Shown here one piece after another: positions 25,165-34,152 of a DNA stretch of 34,152 nucleotides. Source of the stretch: a bacterium (GTDB lineage: Bacteria > Zhuqueibacterota > Zhuqueibacteria > Oceanimicrobiales > Oceanimicrobiaceae). Each line of letters begins with the position of its first letter. Position 1 is the stretch's first letter. The stretch is taken from NCBI GenBank assembly GCA_037446635.1, contig JBBIIG010000018.1, positions 1-34,152 of the forward strand, written 5' to 3'. Under the pieces are notes generated by a model. That model saw only the letters and a list, made by a program, of their open reading frames with translations, ran no database searches and was not told the origin of the DNA. A program made the position numbers and the translations under genes.

Positions 25165-26396
25165 GCAGCTCTTCCTGTTTTGGAGTTAGACTTCCAAAAT
25201 TCATCGCGCAGCACAACCTCCACCGGTTCACCGCGCTTAATCTTCTGCACCTCTCCGGGCACGATCGCGAATGAATTGCTGCGAGCGAAAGTCAGAATAT
25301 CCGACGAGCCTTTTGACGGCAGAATGGCGGTCATGATTTTGTCGTCGTTAAAATAGGTGCACGCCGGCGCATAATTGTCGCGCCGGGTTCTGCTGTCGAA
25401 ATTGTTGGCGGCGATCGCCTGCCATCGCAGATTGTGAACCTGCGCGTGGCCCATCATTTTGCGCAGCGCCGGTTTGACGATGATCTCAAAAATTGTGCTG
25501 GCCGAAACCGGGTTGCCGGGCAAGCCGAACACCAGCGTGGTTTCTCGTTTTCCAAAAACCGTTGGCTTGCCGGGTTTGATGTTCACCGCGTCGAAAAAAA
25601 TATTTACGTCGAGTTGTTTAAATACTTCCTCCACGAAATCGAGATCGCCCATGGAGACGCCGCCGGAGATGAGCAGCACGTCGCGCTGCAAACCTTCGGC
25701 GATTTTTGTGCGCAGCGCCTCGCGCTGGTCGGGGGCAACTCCCAGCGGCTGCGGCAGCGCGCCGCAATCCCGAACCTGATGATACAGGGCGTAGCCGTTG
25801 CTGTTGCGGATCTGGCCGGCTTGCGGTTTTTGTTGGATCTCCACCAACTCGTCGCCGGTTACCAAGATGGCCACTCGCGGCCGGCGATGGATTTTGATTT
25901 CGGATTTTCCAACGGCCGCCAGCACGCCAATCACCGCTGGACTGATGAACGTTCCCCGCGAAAGCACTTTTTCATTTAATCCGATAATCTCACTTTGGGG
26001 GGAGATATTTTTTCCGGGCGCCACCGGTTCCAGAATTTTCACGCGGCCGTTTTCGGCGGCTGCGGTTTTTTCCACGATTTGCACGGTGTCGGCGCCTTTG
26101 GGCAGCGGCGCGCCGGTCATGATTTTCGCCGCCTGTCCGGAGCAAATTTCAAATTCCGGGAACGCGCCGGCCGGAATGACGCCCACGACCTTGAGAATTG
26201 CCGGCGCGGCGGCAACGTCGCTGGCTTTCAGCGCGTAGCCGTCCATCGTGGATTTGTCGAACGGCGGCATCGCGATGTCGGAGTGGACGTCTTCCGCCAA
26301 AACGTAACCCGCGGCCTCGAGGATGGAGACGGTTTCGGGGGCGGAAACGAAGGTCTGATTAAGTACAGTGTCGAGAGCCTGTGGGACGGAAATCAT
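25161..26396 (-). CDS. moeA: Molybdopterin molybdenumtransferase
   Basis: PPFDKSTMDGYA, IMTGAPLP.GAD, TGDEL, SGGVSMGD.D, KPGKP, LPGNPVS. Confidence 0.96.
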   Translation of the reverse strand: MISVPQALDTVLNQTFVSAPETVSILEAAGYVLAEDVHSDIAMPPFDKSTMDGYALKASDVAAAPAILKVVGVIPAGAFPEFEICSGQAAKIMTGAPLPKGADTVQIVEKTAAAENGRVKILEPVAPGKNISPQSEIIGLNEKVLSRGTFISPAVIGVLAAVGKSEIKIHRRPRVAILVTGDELVEIQQKPQAGQIRNSNGYALYHQVRDCGALPQPLGVAPDQREALRTKIAEGLQRDVLLISGGVSMGDLDFVEEVFKQLDVNIFFDAVNIKPGKPTVFGKRETTLVFGLPGNPVSASTIFEIIVKPALRKMMGHAQVHNLRWQAIAANNFDSRTRRDNYAPACTYFNDDKIMTAILPSKGSSDILTFARSNSFAIVPGEVQKIKRGEPVEVVLRDEFWKSNSKTGRAA

Positions 26397-26530
26397 GACT
26401 AATCGCCAAAATAGATCGGTTCAAAGGTCAACAGAGGTGAAGGTCACAGTCATTAATCCGTAAACCAGGAAAAAGCTTTTCAAGTCTGGTTTAATCTCGT
26501 CAATCTTTATGATGTCATTCACAACAAAAC

Positions 26531-26932
26531 TCAGCAATTGCTAAACATTTTGGCGACCCCCGAAGGAATGTTCGGACTCTCCGGATTGACAATCACCGTT
26601 TGTCGTGACGGGCTGACGACGATATCCAAATCCTCCATCGGGACTGCGCTCAACAGCACTTCATCCCCCAAAACCAGCGCGCCGGTATAACAGGCGCGGT
26701 TCTCAAACCTTACCTCCAATGGGCCAACGTACGAGCAAACGTGCCGCTTGCCATCCGCAGTGGTAACTTCGCGCTTATCGAGTTCTTTCAGTTTGAGTTG
26801 AACAGCAACATGTTGTGGGATACAAAGATGCGTTGCGCCCGTATCAACCAACGCGGTCACATCAACCGGCTTCAATTTCCCATTTGAGGGATTGGCTAAA
26901 GTAATATTTGCCCGAATCAAACCCATATCCAC
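26531..26932 (-). CDS. Clan AA (retropepsin-like) aspartic protease, AF_0612-like
   Basis: ALVDTGATHLCIP catalytic DTG motif; ~130 aa; GGAG RBS. Confidence 0.85.
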   Translation of the reverse strand: MDMGLIRANITLANPSNGKLKPVDVTALVDTGATHLCIPQHVAVQLKLKELDKREVTTADGKRHVCSYVGPLEVRFENRACYTGALVLGDEVLLSAVPMEDLDIVVSPSRQTVIVNPESPNIPSGVAKMFSNC

Positions 26933-26964
26933 ATCTCCGTTGAGAGATCATCCTTTTAGATTAT

Positions 26965-27825
26965 CTACCGCGCCACCACCCGATACAGCTTGCCGTGCTC
27001 CTTTTTAAAAATCTCTCCGAAGCGTTCGGCGTCTTCTTTGGTTGCAAAGGAGCCCAGCCAAACCAAATACATCGTGGCGCCATTTTTCTTCTCGCGGATT
27101 TCCGCCGGGTAACCCAACTTCAGACAATAGTTTTTCAAATTCAGGGCGTTGTTCACTTGAGTGAACGCGCCAATCTGCAGCGAAAATTTGCCGCTGGGGC
27201 TATCCAATTTTATGGCCGGTCTTTTGAACGCGGCGCCGGCGCTGAGGCCGTTGGACTCCTGCAAGTCTTCCTTCGCGATGCGCGCGAAACGAGAATCCGG
27301 GTGCTGGCGAATCAAATTTTTGAGCTCGTTCGCCGCGGATTCTTGATTGCCCGAAGCATACAAACACGACGCGGCAAAATAGAGGGACTCCGGCAGGTAG
27401 GGAGAATTGGGATACTGCTCCACCAATTCAAGATATTGTTTGCGGGCCGCAACGTAAAGCCCGCGGGAAAAATAGTACTGCGCGGTTTTCAGCAGCGCGC
27501 GGTCGGCGTATTCGGAATTGGGGTGCTGCGAAACCAGTTGCCGATATTTGTCCACGGCTGCCGCAGCGTCGGGCTGCGAAAGGGCATCTAAATAGAGCGC
27601 CAGCGGCGTATTTTTGTTTTTGGCGATAAAGGCGCGCACCTCCTCACGGAAGCCTTCGACGCTGTTGGTTCGCAGGACGTGCTCGAGATCAAAACCCGGC
27701 TCCTGTGAAAACAGCGCCGGCGCCCACCCCAGCGCGAGGCTCAGCGCAGCGACCCTTAAAATAAAAAAAGTCAAACCACGTTGCTCGTTCACGAAGCGAG
27801 TATGTAATTTGACTGGCGACATCAT
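26965..27825 (-). CDS. Exported TPR plus SPOR domain protein
   Basis: Repeated L..QYPNS/HPNS TPR units (CpoB/BamD-like); C-terminal LQIGAF..NA..YLVWLGSF SPOR domain. Start uncertain. Confidence 0.82.
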   Translation of the reverse strand: MMSPVKLHTRFVNEQRGLTFFILRVAALSLALGWAPALFSQEPGFDLEHVLRTNSVEGFREEVRAFIAKNKNTPLALYLDALSQPDAAAAVDKYRQLVSQHPNSEYADRALLKTAQYYFSRGLYVAARKQYLELVEQYPNSPYLPESLYFAASCLYASGNQESAANELKNLIRQHPDSRFARIAKEDLQESNGLSAGAAFKRPAIKLDSPSGKFSLQIGAFTQVNNALNLKNYCLKLGYPAEIREKKNGATMYLVWLGSFATKEDAERFGEIFKKEHGKLYRVVAR

Positions 27826-27836
27826 GAGGCATTAAG

Positions 27837-27869
27837 AACTTTACTAAACCTTTTAGGTTTAGTAAAGTT
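27837..27869. repeat. 33 bp palindrome, AACTTTACTAAACCT-TTT-AGGTTTAGTAAAGTT
   Basis: Perfect 15-3-15 inverted repeat, 3 nt after the lapB stop. Confidence 0.9.
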
Positions 27870-27872
27870 AAG

Positions 27873-29018
27873 TTAATTTTTGATGAAGGTTTCCCATTCC
27901 AAACATTGCGGGCATCTCCAGAACGGCTCGTTCGCTTGGTAACCGCATTCTTTGCATTTGAACATCTGTTTGTGTTTTAATGAATCGTCGATTAAATCGA
28001 GCGCCTGGCGGACGGACTTTTCGTCGTCGCCGGCTTTGTGATACAAACGCACCAAATGTTTTCGGGCGATCTCGTTGCTGGCGTCTTTTTCCATCACGTC
28101 CTGGCAGGTTGCGATGGCTTTCTCCAACTCGCCCTTTTTTTCGTAAATCTCGGCCAGCGCCAGACGCGCCATCAAATTGTTGGGCTGAATCTCGATGATC
28201 TCCAAATAGACGTTTTCGATCTCGCCAAACACGCCGCCCTCGAACAGCAAATCCTTGATGCGCTCGAACGCCAAATAGGATTGCGACGGCACCCGTTCCA
28301 CGAATTCTTTCAACACCTGCAGGGCGTCGCTGTTGCGATTTTCGCGGCGGTAGGAATCGGCGAGATAAATGTAGGCCGGTGGACTACTAGGATCGATTTT
28401 GATAGCGTCTTTGAAACGGGTGCGCGCTTCGCGTTCCTTTCCGCTGCGAATGAGCTGCAACCCTTCCTGCACGCGATACAAAGCCAGCCGGCCATTTTTG
28501 GATTCGCCGCGGTTTTTTCGCAGCTCTTTGTAGGCCTGAAAGGCGTTGTCCCATTCTTCCTTGAGCTCAAAAAATTTCAGCTTCATTTCCTGGGCCCAAA
28601 CCGCGTGCTTGTTTTCTTCTAAAACTTTATTGAGCACCTCTAAGCCCTTGTCAAACTCGCGGGCTTGTTCATAATCTTTAGCGAGGCTGTGCATGATTTC
28701 TTCGCGCTGCTTCTGGCTGAGGCCGCTGCGCACGGTTAAGTATTTGTGCACGTTGATGGCGCGCTCCACCTGTCCGGTCTCGCGCAGAATATCGCCGATC
28801 TTCAAGTAGGCATCGACGTTGCGGCTGTTTTTGGTGACGGCATCGCGGAACCGCTTCAAAGCGGCTTCGCGCTCGCCGGCCAACAGCAAGTTGAGGCCTT
28901 CAGTGTAATCCGCCGCGGACTGATCCAGCGCGGCCCCGGGTTTCTTGCGGAAAAGATACATCGCCAAAAACGCCAGGGCGGCGATAACGATAACATAAGA
29001 AACAACCGTAAAATCCAT
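27873..29018 (-). CDS. lapB: LPS assembly protein B-like (transmembrane anchor, TPRs, rubredoxin)
   Basis: N-terminal TM, Y.EGLN.LL, G.VERAINVH, C-terminal CKECG..FWRCPQC..W; follows lapA. Confidence 0.85.
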   Translation of the reverse strand: MDFTVVSYVIVIAALAFLAMYLFRKKPGAALDQSAADYTEGLNLLLAGEREAALKRFRDAVTKNSRNVDAYLKIGDILRETGQVERAINVHKYLTVRSGLSQKQREEIMHSLAKDYEQAREFDKGLEVLNKVLEENKHAVWAQEMKLKFFELKEEWDNAFQAYKELRKNRGESKNGRLALYRVQEGLQLIRSGKEREARTRFKDAIKIDPSSPPAYIYLADSYRRENRNSDALQVLKEFVERVPSQSYLAFERIKDLLFEGGVFGEIENVYLEIIEIQPNNLMARLALAEIYEKKGELEKAIATCQDVMEKDASNEIARKHLVRLYHKAGDDEKSVRQALDLIDDSLKHKQMFKCKECGYQANEPFWRCPQCLEWETFIKN

Positions 29019-29033
29019 AGCCCTACATCGAAA

Positions 29034-29360
29034 TTAAGTTTCTTCTTTAATATCAAACGCGGAATCATCTTCGCCGATGGGCAGGTTTCGCAAGCTGTCC
29101 AACTCGCGCTGCATTTCATTGTTGGCGCGTTTGAGCCGGCGAATCTCGCCGTTCAACTGGATGACCTGAAAAATCGAAACCACCAGCCAAAACATCACGC
29201 CCAACCCGAAGGCGGCGTAAATAACCATCCACAATTGCACGTTTTCAAACTGCAAAACGTTGGAAAAGAAAGAGACCGTTACTACCTGTGTGTTGGATAA
29301 CGCAAATCCCAAAAACAACAGGATTAGAGCAACCGCAAAAATCCACTTAAGCACCCACAT
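29034..29360 (-). CDS. lapA: LapA-family membrane protein
   Basis: FALSN.Q.V.V.F, second TM, C-terminal coiled coil; lies between rpsA and lapB. Confidence 0.82.
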   Translation of the reverse strand: MWVLKWIFAVALILLFLGFALSNTQVVTVSFFSNVLQFENVQLWMVIYAAFGLGVMFWLVVSIFQVIQLNGEIRRLKRANNEMQRELDSLRNLPIGEDDSAFDIKEET

Positions 29361-29405
29361 GGAATCCCCCTTCGCTCAAATTCAAAACAAACGCAGTTAA
29401 TAGGT

Positions 29406-31319
29406 TCATTGTTCTTTGGGCTCCGCTTCGCCAGATTCGGGAGCTTCGCCCTCCGGAGCCGGGGAATCAGCGGCGGCTTCCGGTTTGGGCGGTGCCACGG
29501 ATTTATTGCGCTCGGCCGTCGCGGCGGCAACTTCTTTCTCAAACTCGGCGATGGCCTCGGCGTCGGCCACCGCCAGCTCCGGCGCTTTGTCCTTCAATGA
29601 TTTGTCGTGGGCATGTTTTTCAGAAAGGATGATCTTTTTGTTTTCTTTATTGAATTCGATGACCATCAACTCCAAAGTGTCGCCAACTTTGTAGCCATCG
29701 GCCGGCTTGCGCAGCCCCTCTTTTTTCAGTTGCGAAATGGGCACGAAACCGTCCACCATTTCCGGCAGCTCGACGATCACCCCCTTTTCAATCATGCGCA
29801 CGATCTTGCCTTTGGTGGTGGTCTGCAGGCCATACAGCTCCTCAAACTTATCCCAGGGGTTGTCCATCGTTTGCTTGTATCCCAGAGAAATGCGGCGATT
29901 GTCTTTGTCGATATTCAACACCACGACTTCCACTTCCTCGCCTTTTTTCACCACTTCACCGGGGTGGCGAACTTTTTTCGTCCACGAGAGATCGGAAATA
30001 TGAATCAAGCCATCGACGCCCTCCTCCAGCTCGACGAACGCGCCGAAGTTGGTGAGGTTGCGCACCGTGCCTTTCTGGCGCGACCCCACCGGATATTTAG
30101 CCTCGATGCCGGTCCACGGATCCGGCTCCAGTTGCTTCAACCCCAGAGAAATCTTGCGGCCTTCGTGGTCGATGTTCAAAATTTTGGCCTCGATGATTTC
30201 TCCTAACGACACCAGCTTGGACGGGTGTTTGACGTGCTGCGTCCACGACATTTCCGAAATGTGAATCAGCCCCTCCACGCCTTTTTCCAATTCGATGAAG
30301 GTGCCGTAGTCGGAAATGTTCACCACCTTGCCTTTCACCACGTCGCCTTCTTTATATTTATCTTTGACCTTTTCCCAGGGATGCGGCAGCAGTTGCTTCA
30401 AGCCGAGGGAAATGCGATCTTTTTCTTCGTTAAAATCCAGCACCTGCACTTTGATCTTCTGATCGAGAGAAACCACCTCCGAAGGATGGTTGACCCGCCC
30501 CCACGAGAGATCGTTGATGTGCAGCAGGCCATCGACGCCGCCGAGATCGATGAAGACGCCGAAGTCGCTGATGATTTAGACCGTGCCTTCGAGAATCTGG
30601 CCTTTCACCAGATTGCCGAGAATTTGGGCGCGCTGCTCCTTCATGCCCTCCTCAATGAGCACGCGGTGGGATACCACGATGTTTTTGCGCGGCACATTGA
30701 CTTTGACGATCTTGAAATCCATGGTTTGCCCAATGAGCGCATCGAAATCGCGGATGGGCTTGACGTCGATTTGCGAGCCGGGCAGGAACGCCTCCACGCC
30801 TTTGAGATCGACGACGATGCCGCCTTTGATGCGGCGCATACAAATGCCCTGCACGATTTCATCATTCCGGCTCGCTTCCATGATTCTTTCCCACTGGCGC
30901 ATGAAGTCGGCTTTCTTTTTTGAAAGCACCAATTGCCCTTCTTTGTCCTCCACGCTGTCGAGCAGAACCTCGATATCGTCGCCAATTTTCACTTCAGAAG
31001 GATCACGAAATTCTTCCAGGGGGATGACGCCTTCCGATTTGAAGCCGATATCCACCGCCACCTCGCGGTCGTTAATCGCCAGAACTTTTCCCACCACCAA
31101 TTCTCCTTCGACAAAGTCGGAAAGGGTTTGTTCGTAAAGACTGGAGAGCTGATTAAACTCGTCGTCGGAATATTCCTTTTCTTCATCAAGCGCAAACGCC
31201 TGCCTGGCGGATTTCGAATTGCCGGCCTTTTTCGCAGCCGGCTTGTCCACTGTCATGGCAGGGGCGGCGCCTCCATTCATCTCGTTTTCGTTTTGTACTT
31301 TATCCAAACTATCTGGCAT
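29406..31319 (-). CDS. rpsA: 30S ribosomal protein S1, interrupted by an in-frame TAA at 30576-30578
   Basis: ORFs 30576-31319 and 29406-30476 share a frame. The gap reads [37 protein letters not shown]. Six S1 domains in total; AGGAGG RBS. Confidence 0.93.
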
Positions 31320-31360
31320 GAAAATTTACCTCCTTATATATTTTTTTGATAAAGCCGAAA

Positions 31361-32047
31361 TTAATTTAGATTTTGCTGAAGCTTTGCGACAATGAACTCC
31401 ACCACTTCGTCAACGCTCATGTTGGTGGTGTTGAGAACGACGGCATCCGCGGCTTTGCTCAGCGGCGAAAGTGATCGCTGTGAATCGTGCTGATCGCGCC
31501 GTTTGATATCGGACTTGATGTTTTCAAAATCCGAAATTACACCGGAATCATGCAGCTCACGATGCCGGCGGCGCGCCCGTTCTTCGACCGCGGCTTCCAT
31601 GTAAATTTTCAAATCGGCGTGGGGAAACACCACCGTGCCAATGTCGCGGCCCTCCACCACCAGCGAACGGTTGCTGGCGATTTTATGCAATTGCTGCGTC
31701 ACTTTCTCTCTGACGGCCGCCAACGCCGCAACCGCCGAAACCATCGCGGTAACCTCCGGCGAGCGAATTTCCGCGCTCACCTCCCGGCCATTTAAAAAAA
31801 TCAGGTTGCCATTTTCGTTGGCCTCAAGCGCGATCACGATTTGCTTTAGCTGGTGGGCCACCGCCTCAGGTTTTTTTATATCCACTTTTTTATTGATAAA
31901 TTCTAAAGTGATGGCGCGATAAAAAGCGCCCGAATCGATGTATGCCATTCCCAATCTTTTCGCTAACAATCGGGCGGTGGTGCTTTTGCCAGAACCCGCC
32001 GGACCGTCAATCGCGATGACAATATTTTTTTTCAACCGCTCAACCAA
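31361..32047 (-). CDS. cmk: Cytidylate kinase
   Basis: IAIDGPAGSGKST, DSGAFYRA, EGRDIGTVVFP. Start may instead be TTG at 32035. Confidence 0.96.
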   Translation of the reverse strand: MVERLKKNIVIAIDGPAGSGKSTTARLLAKRLGMAYIDSGAFYRAITLEFINKKVDIKKPEAVAHQLKQIVIALEANENGNLIFLNGREVSAEIRSPEVTAMVSAVAALAAVREKVTQQLHKIASNRSLVVEGRDIGTVVFPHADLKIYMEAAVEERARRRHRELHDSGVISDFENIKSDIKRRDQHDSQRSLSPLSKAADAVVLNTTNMSVDEVVEFIVAKLQQNLN

Positions 32048-32052
32048 GATCC

Positions 32053-32186
32053 TGGTCTGTCCAAAAACTCAACTTTTGTTGAATGTCACGCCCGCATGCT
32101 TTTAGTGGGCATCCATAAAATCAGCAGTTTATAGACTCCCGCTAAAAACATGCGGGAGTGACCAGATGGGTTTTTTGGACAGCCCC
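32053..32186. mobile_element. ~135 bp MITE/REPIN-like element, copy 2
   Basis: TGGTCTGTCCAAAAA ... TTTTTGGACAGCCCC; shares GAATGTCA(C/T)GCCCGCATGCTTTTAG with copy 1. Confidence 0.8.
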
Positions 32187-32218
32187 TTACGTTTAAATAT
32201 AATAAGCTTCGGCGTTGA

Positions 32219-32962
32219 TTACAACTGAACTTTGGATTTTTTTCGATGCTCGCCGCTGGCTGCCTGTTTGAGGCGAGCCACTTCCTGCGGCAGCAGCCGC
32301 CGCCAGGCGCCGATTTTCAATCCCCGCAAATTGAGCCCGCCAAAACCGACTCGCCGCAACCCACGAACTTCGTATCCTAATTTTTCAAACATGCGGCGCA
32401 CCTGGCGATTCCACCCTTGATGAAGAGTAATGCGCACCCGCCGGCGATTGTCGCGATCGAGATAGGCAATTCTGCACGACGCGGTTTTGCCCTCCTCCAG
32501 TTGAATGCCGGCTTCGAGTTGACGTCGGTGATCGCGGCTCAGCTCGGAATCCAAACGCGCCTCATAAATTTTCGGCACGTGAAACTTCGGATGCGTCAGA
32601 CGGTACGCCAGTTCGCCGTCGTTGGTAAGCAGCAGCAAGCCGGTGGTATCCACGTCTAGCCGGCCGACGGAAAAAAGCCGGGCGCTGGTCGGCACCAAAT
32701 CCAAAACCGTCCGGCGCGCTTTTTCGTCGGCGGCGGTTGTAACCAGGCCTTTCGGCTTATTCAAAATGATGTACTCATAACGCTGCAGCGGCCGCAGCAG
32801 CCGGCCGTCCAGGTGCACGCGGTCGGCGGTTTCGTTAATTTTAATTCCGAGCTGCGTGGTCGCCACGCCATTTACCGCGACCCGGCCCTGCAAAATAATT
32901 TCGTCGCATTTGCGGCGCGCGCCCACCCCGCACTCCGCCAGGTATTTATTCAGCCGTTTCAT
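32219..32962 (-). CDS. rluB: RsuA/RluB-family pseudouridine synthase
   Basis: S4 domain RLNKYLA..G..ARR, LNKPKG, GRLD..TTGLLLLTNDG, RQVRRM; scpB-rluB-cmk synteny. Confidence 0.88.
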   Translation of the reverse strand: MKRLNKYLAECGVGARRKCDEIILQGRVAVNGVATTQLGIKINETADRVHLDGRLLRPLQRYEYIILNKPKGLVTTAADEKARRTVLDLVPTSARLFSVGRLDVDTTGLLLLTNDGELAYRLTHPKFHVPKIYEARLDSELSRDHRRQLEAGIQLEEGKTASCRIAYLDRDNRRRVRITLHQGWNRQVRRMFEKLGYEVRGLRRVGFGGLNLRGLKIGAWRRLLPQEVARLKQAASGEHRKKSKVQL

Positions 32963-33569
32963 TTTCTTCGCCTTCTATGACCGGCTCCTCGTCAGCCAGC
33001 GCTGAAAGGATTTCCGCCGAAATTTCCTGGCTGCCGTCCAACTTGCCCATGATCTCTTCAATCTCTTTCGGTTTGGGAAGCTCGGAAATATCGTTGATTC
33101 CGAAGTAGCGCAAAAATTCCGTGGTGGTGCCGTAGAGCAGCGGCCGGCCCACCTCCTCCGAGCGCCCGGAGATAGCAATCAAATTGCGTTCGAGCAGGTT
33201 TTTGAGCACACCGCCGGAATGAACCCCGCGAATGGCGTCGATCTCCGTACGGCTGATGGGCTGTCGAAACGCGATGATGGCCAGCGCTTCCAGCCCGGCC
33301 TGGCTGAGCCGGGGTTTGGCGCGGCCTTTGAACAATTTTTTAATCCACGGCGCTAAATCTTTGCGGGTGTTCACCTGGTAGCCGCCGGCCACCCGGGTAA
33401 TGAAAAACGCACGGTTGCTGGTCGCGTATTCGGCGTTCAACTCGTCCACCATTTCTTTGATTTGGGACGGAGTCGCCTCCACCAAACCGGCGATTTTGTT
33501 TTCGGAAAGTGGGACGTCGCTGGCTAAAATCAGCGCCTCGACAATCTGTTTGAGCTTGCCGTTATCCAT
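32946..33569 (-). CDS. scpB: SMC-Scp complex subunit ScpB
   Basis: VEALILAS, VAGGYQ, LEALAIIAFRQPISR.EID.IRGV, GRPLLYGTT..FL.YFG. Confidence 0.95.
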   Translation of the reverse strand: MDNGKLKQIVEALILASDVPLSENKIAGLVEATPSQIKEMVDELNAEYATSNRAFFITRVAGGYQVNTRKDLAPWIKKLFKGRAKPRLSQAGLEALAIIAFRQPISRTEIDAIRGVHSGGVLKNLLERNLIAISGRSEEVGRPLLYGTTTEFLRYFGINDISELPKPKEIEEIMGKLDGSQEISAEILSALADEEPVIEGEENETAE

Positions 33570-34152
33570 CCAATTTCTTCAGCCAGATTTCCGAGAACGG
33601 TTGATTTTGGCTAAGCCCCAGCCGCCGGTTTTTCACCAGCTCGAGCATAGCGACAAAGGTAACAATTAAAATGATGCGTTCTTTAATTTGGGCCATCAAC
33701 TCGGTAAACAGAACGGCGCCGTGTTTTTCAACGTAATCGAGAATAAAATCCGATTGTTCTTCGATGGTTACCGGGATGCGCTCCACCGTGTGCTGGGCGA
33801 TGGCCGGCGCGCGCTTCAAAATTTCCACGAACGCCGCCATCAAATCGAACATGCTCACTTCGCGGCCGGGCTCCTCTTCTTCGGGAGCGTCGCCCATTTC
33901 AAAGGCGTAGTTTTGCCGCGGATAAAAATGGCTCTGGCTGCTTTCCAGGTCATCGAGGTGGCTGGCGACTTCTTTGAAGCTCTGGTATTCGAGCAGCCGC
34001 TGCACCAGTTCGTGGCGCGGGTCTTCGGCCTCTTCCTCCTCGCTTTCGGGGCGCGGCAAAAGCATTTTGGCTTTGATGCGGATCAGGGTGGCGGCCATTA
34101 AAATAAACTCGCCGGCGTTTTCGAGATCGAGAAATTCGAGGATTTCAAGGTA
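33562..34152 (-). CDS. scpA: Segregation and condensation protein A; 5' end outside the window
   Basis: Frame is open from the window edge: YLEIL..AGEFILMAATLIRIKAKMLLP..DPR.ELVQRLLEY..TFVAMLEL. Confidence 0.95.
   Translation of the reverse strand, partial: YLEILEFLDLENAGEFILMAATLIRIKAKMLLPRPESEEEEAEDPRHELVQRLLEYQSFKEVASHLDDLESSQSHFYPRQNYAFEMGDAPEEEEPGREVSMFDLMAAFVEILKRAPAIAQHTVERIPVTIEEQSDFILDYVEKHGAVLFTELMAQIKERIILIVTFVAMLELVKNRRLGLSQNQPFSEIWLKKLDG

Noticed and set aside
26397..26530. Moco riboswitch or 33-codon small ORF upstream of moeA
   Set aside because: No recognisable Moco motif elements; the small GTG ORF has no RBS or recognisable similarity.
30576..30578. Stop-codon reassignment explaining the rpsA TAA
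   Set aside because: TAA, TAG and TGA all end ordinary genes at expected positions in this window.
516..34101. Many long plus-strand ORFs (e.g. 10840-11940, 12571-13497, 5427-6269)
   Set aside because: They are antisense shadows of GC3-rich minus-strand genes with no recognisable motifs.
1..34152. CRISPR array, tRNA/rRNA, prophage or integron
   Set aside because: No regularly spaced repeat-spacer units, RNA gene signatures, phage genes, integrase or clear attC sites were found by eye.

Overview
Bacterial chromosomal window with no rRNA, tRNA, CRISPR array, integrase or transposase detected. Gene content suggests a diderm of the KSB1/Calditrichota (FCB) type; this is inference only. About 40 genes are present, and all but one (a STAS anti-anti-sigma factor) lie on the minus strand. 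In transcription order: scpA-scpB-rluB-cmk-rpsA-lapA-lapB, a TPR/SPOR gene, a clan AA aspartic protease, moeA, DUF1232, an amidase, a lipoprotein, an HDAC-family deacetylase, pcm, rpiB, pspC/liaF-like genes, a Zn-dehydrogenase, aroB, an M28 peptidase, moaC, a putative leuD-thiolase-hbd-crt-leuA-like operon, DUF5658, dinB, a sigma54-driven wza-like plus pseudokinase pair, queF-queC and small genes ending in an MNT-HEPN pair. Most notable: (1) A ~690 bp integrase-free ParE/antitoxin cassette is flanked by a synonymously diverged duplication of the hbd 3' end and stacked on a second toxin-antitoxin (TA) pair inside a metabolic operon. (2) Several families of small palindromic repeats sit just after stop codons, including two copies of a ~135 bp MITE-like element and three sequence-unrelated 33 bp '15-3-15' double palindromes. 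(3) Three genes have reading-frame lesions (rpsA in-frame TAA, HDAC +1, HepT -1), which may be assembly errors. (4) RpiB has a microcompartment-type N-terminal extension.
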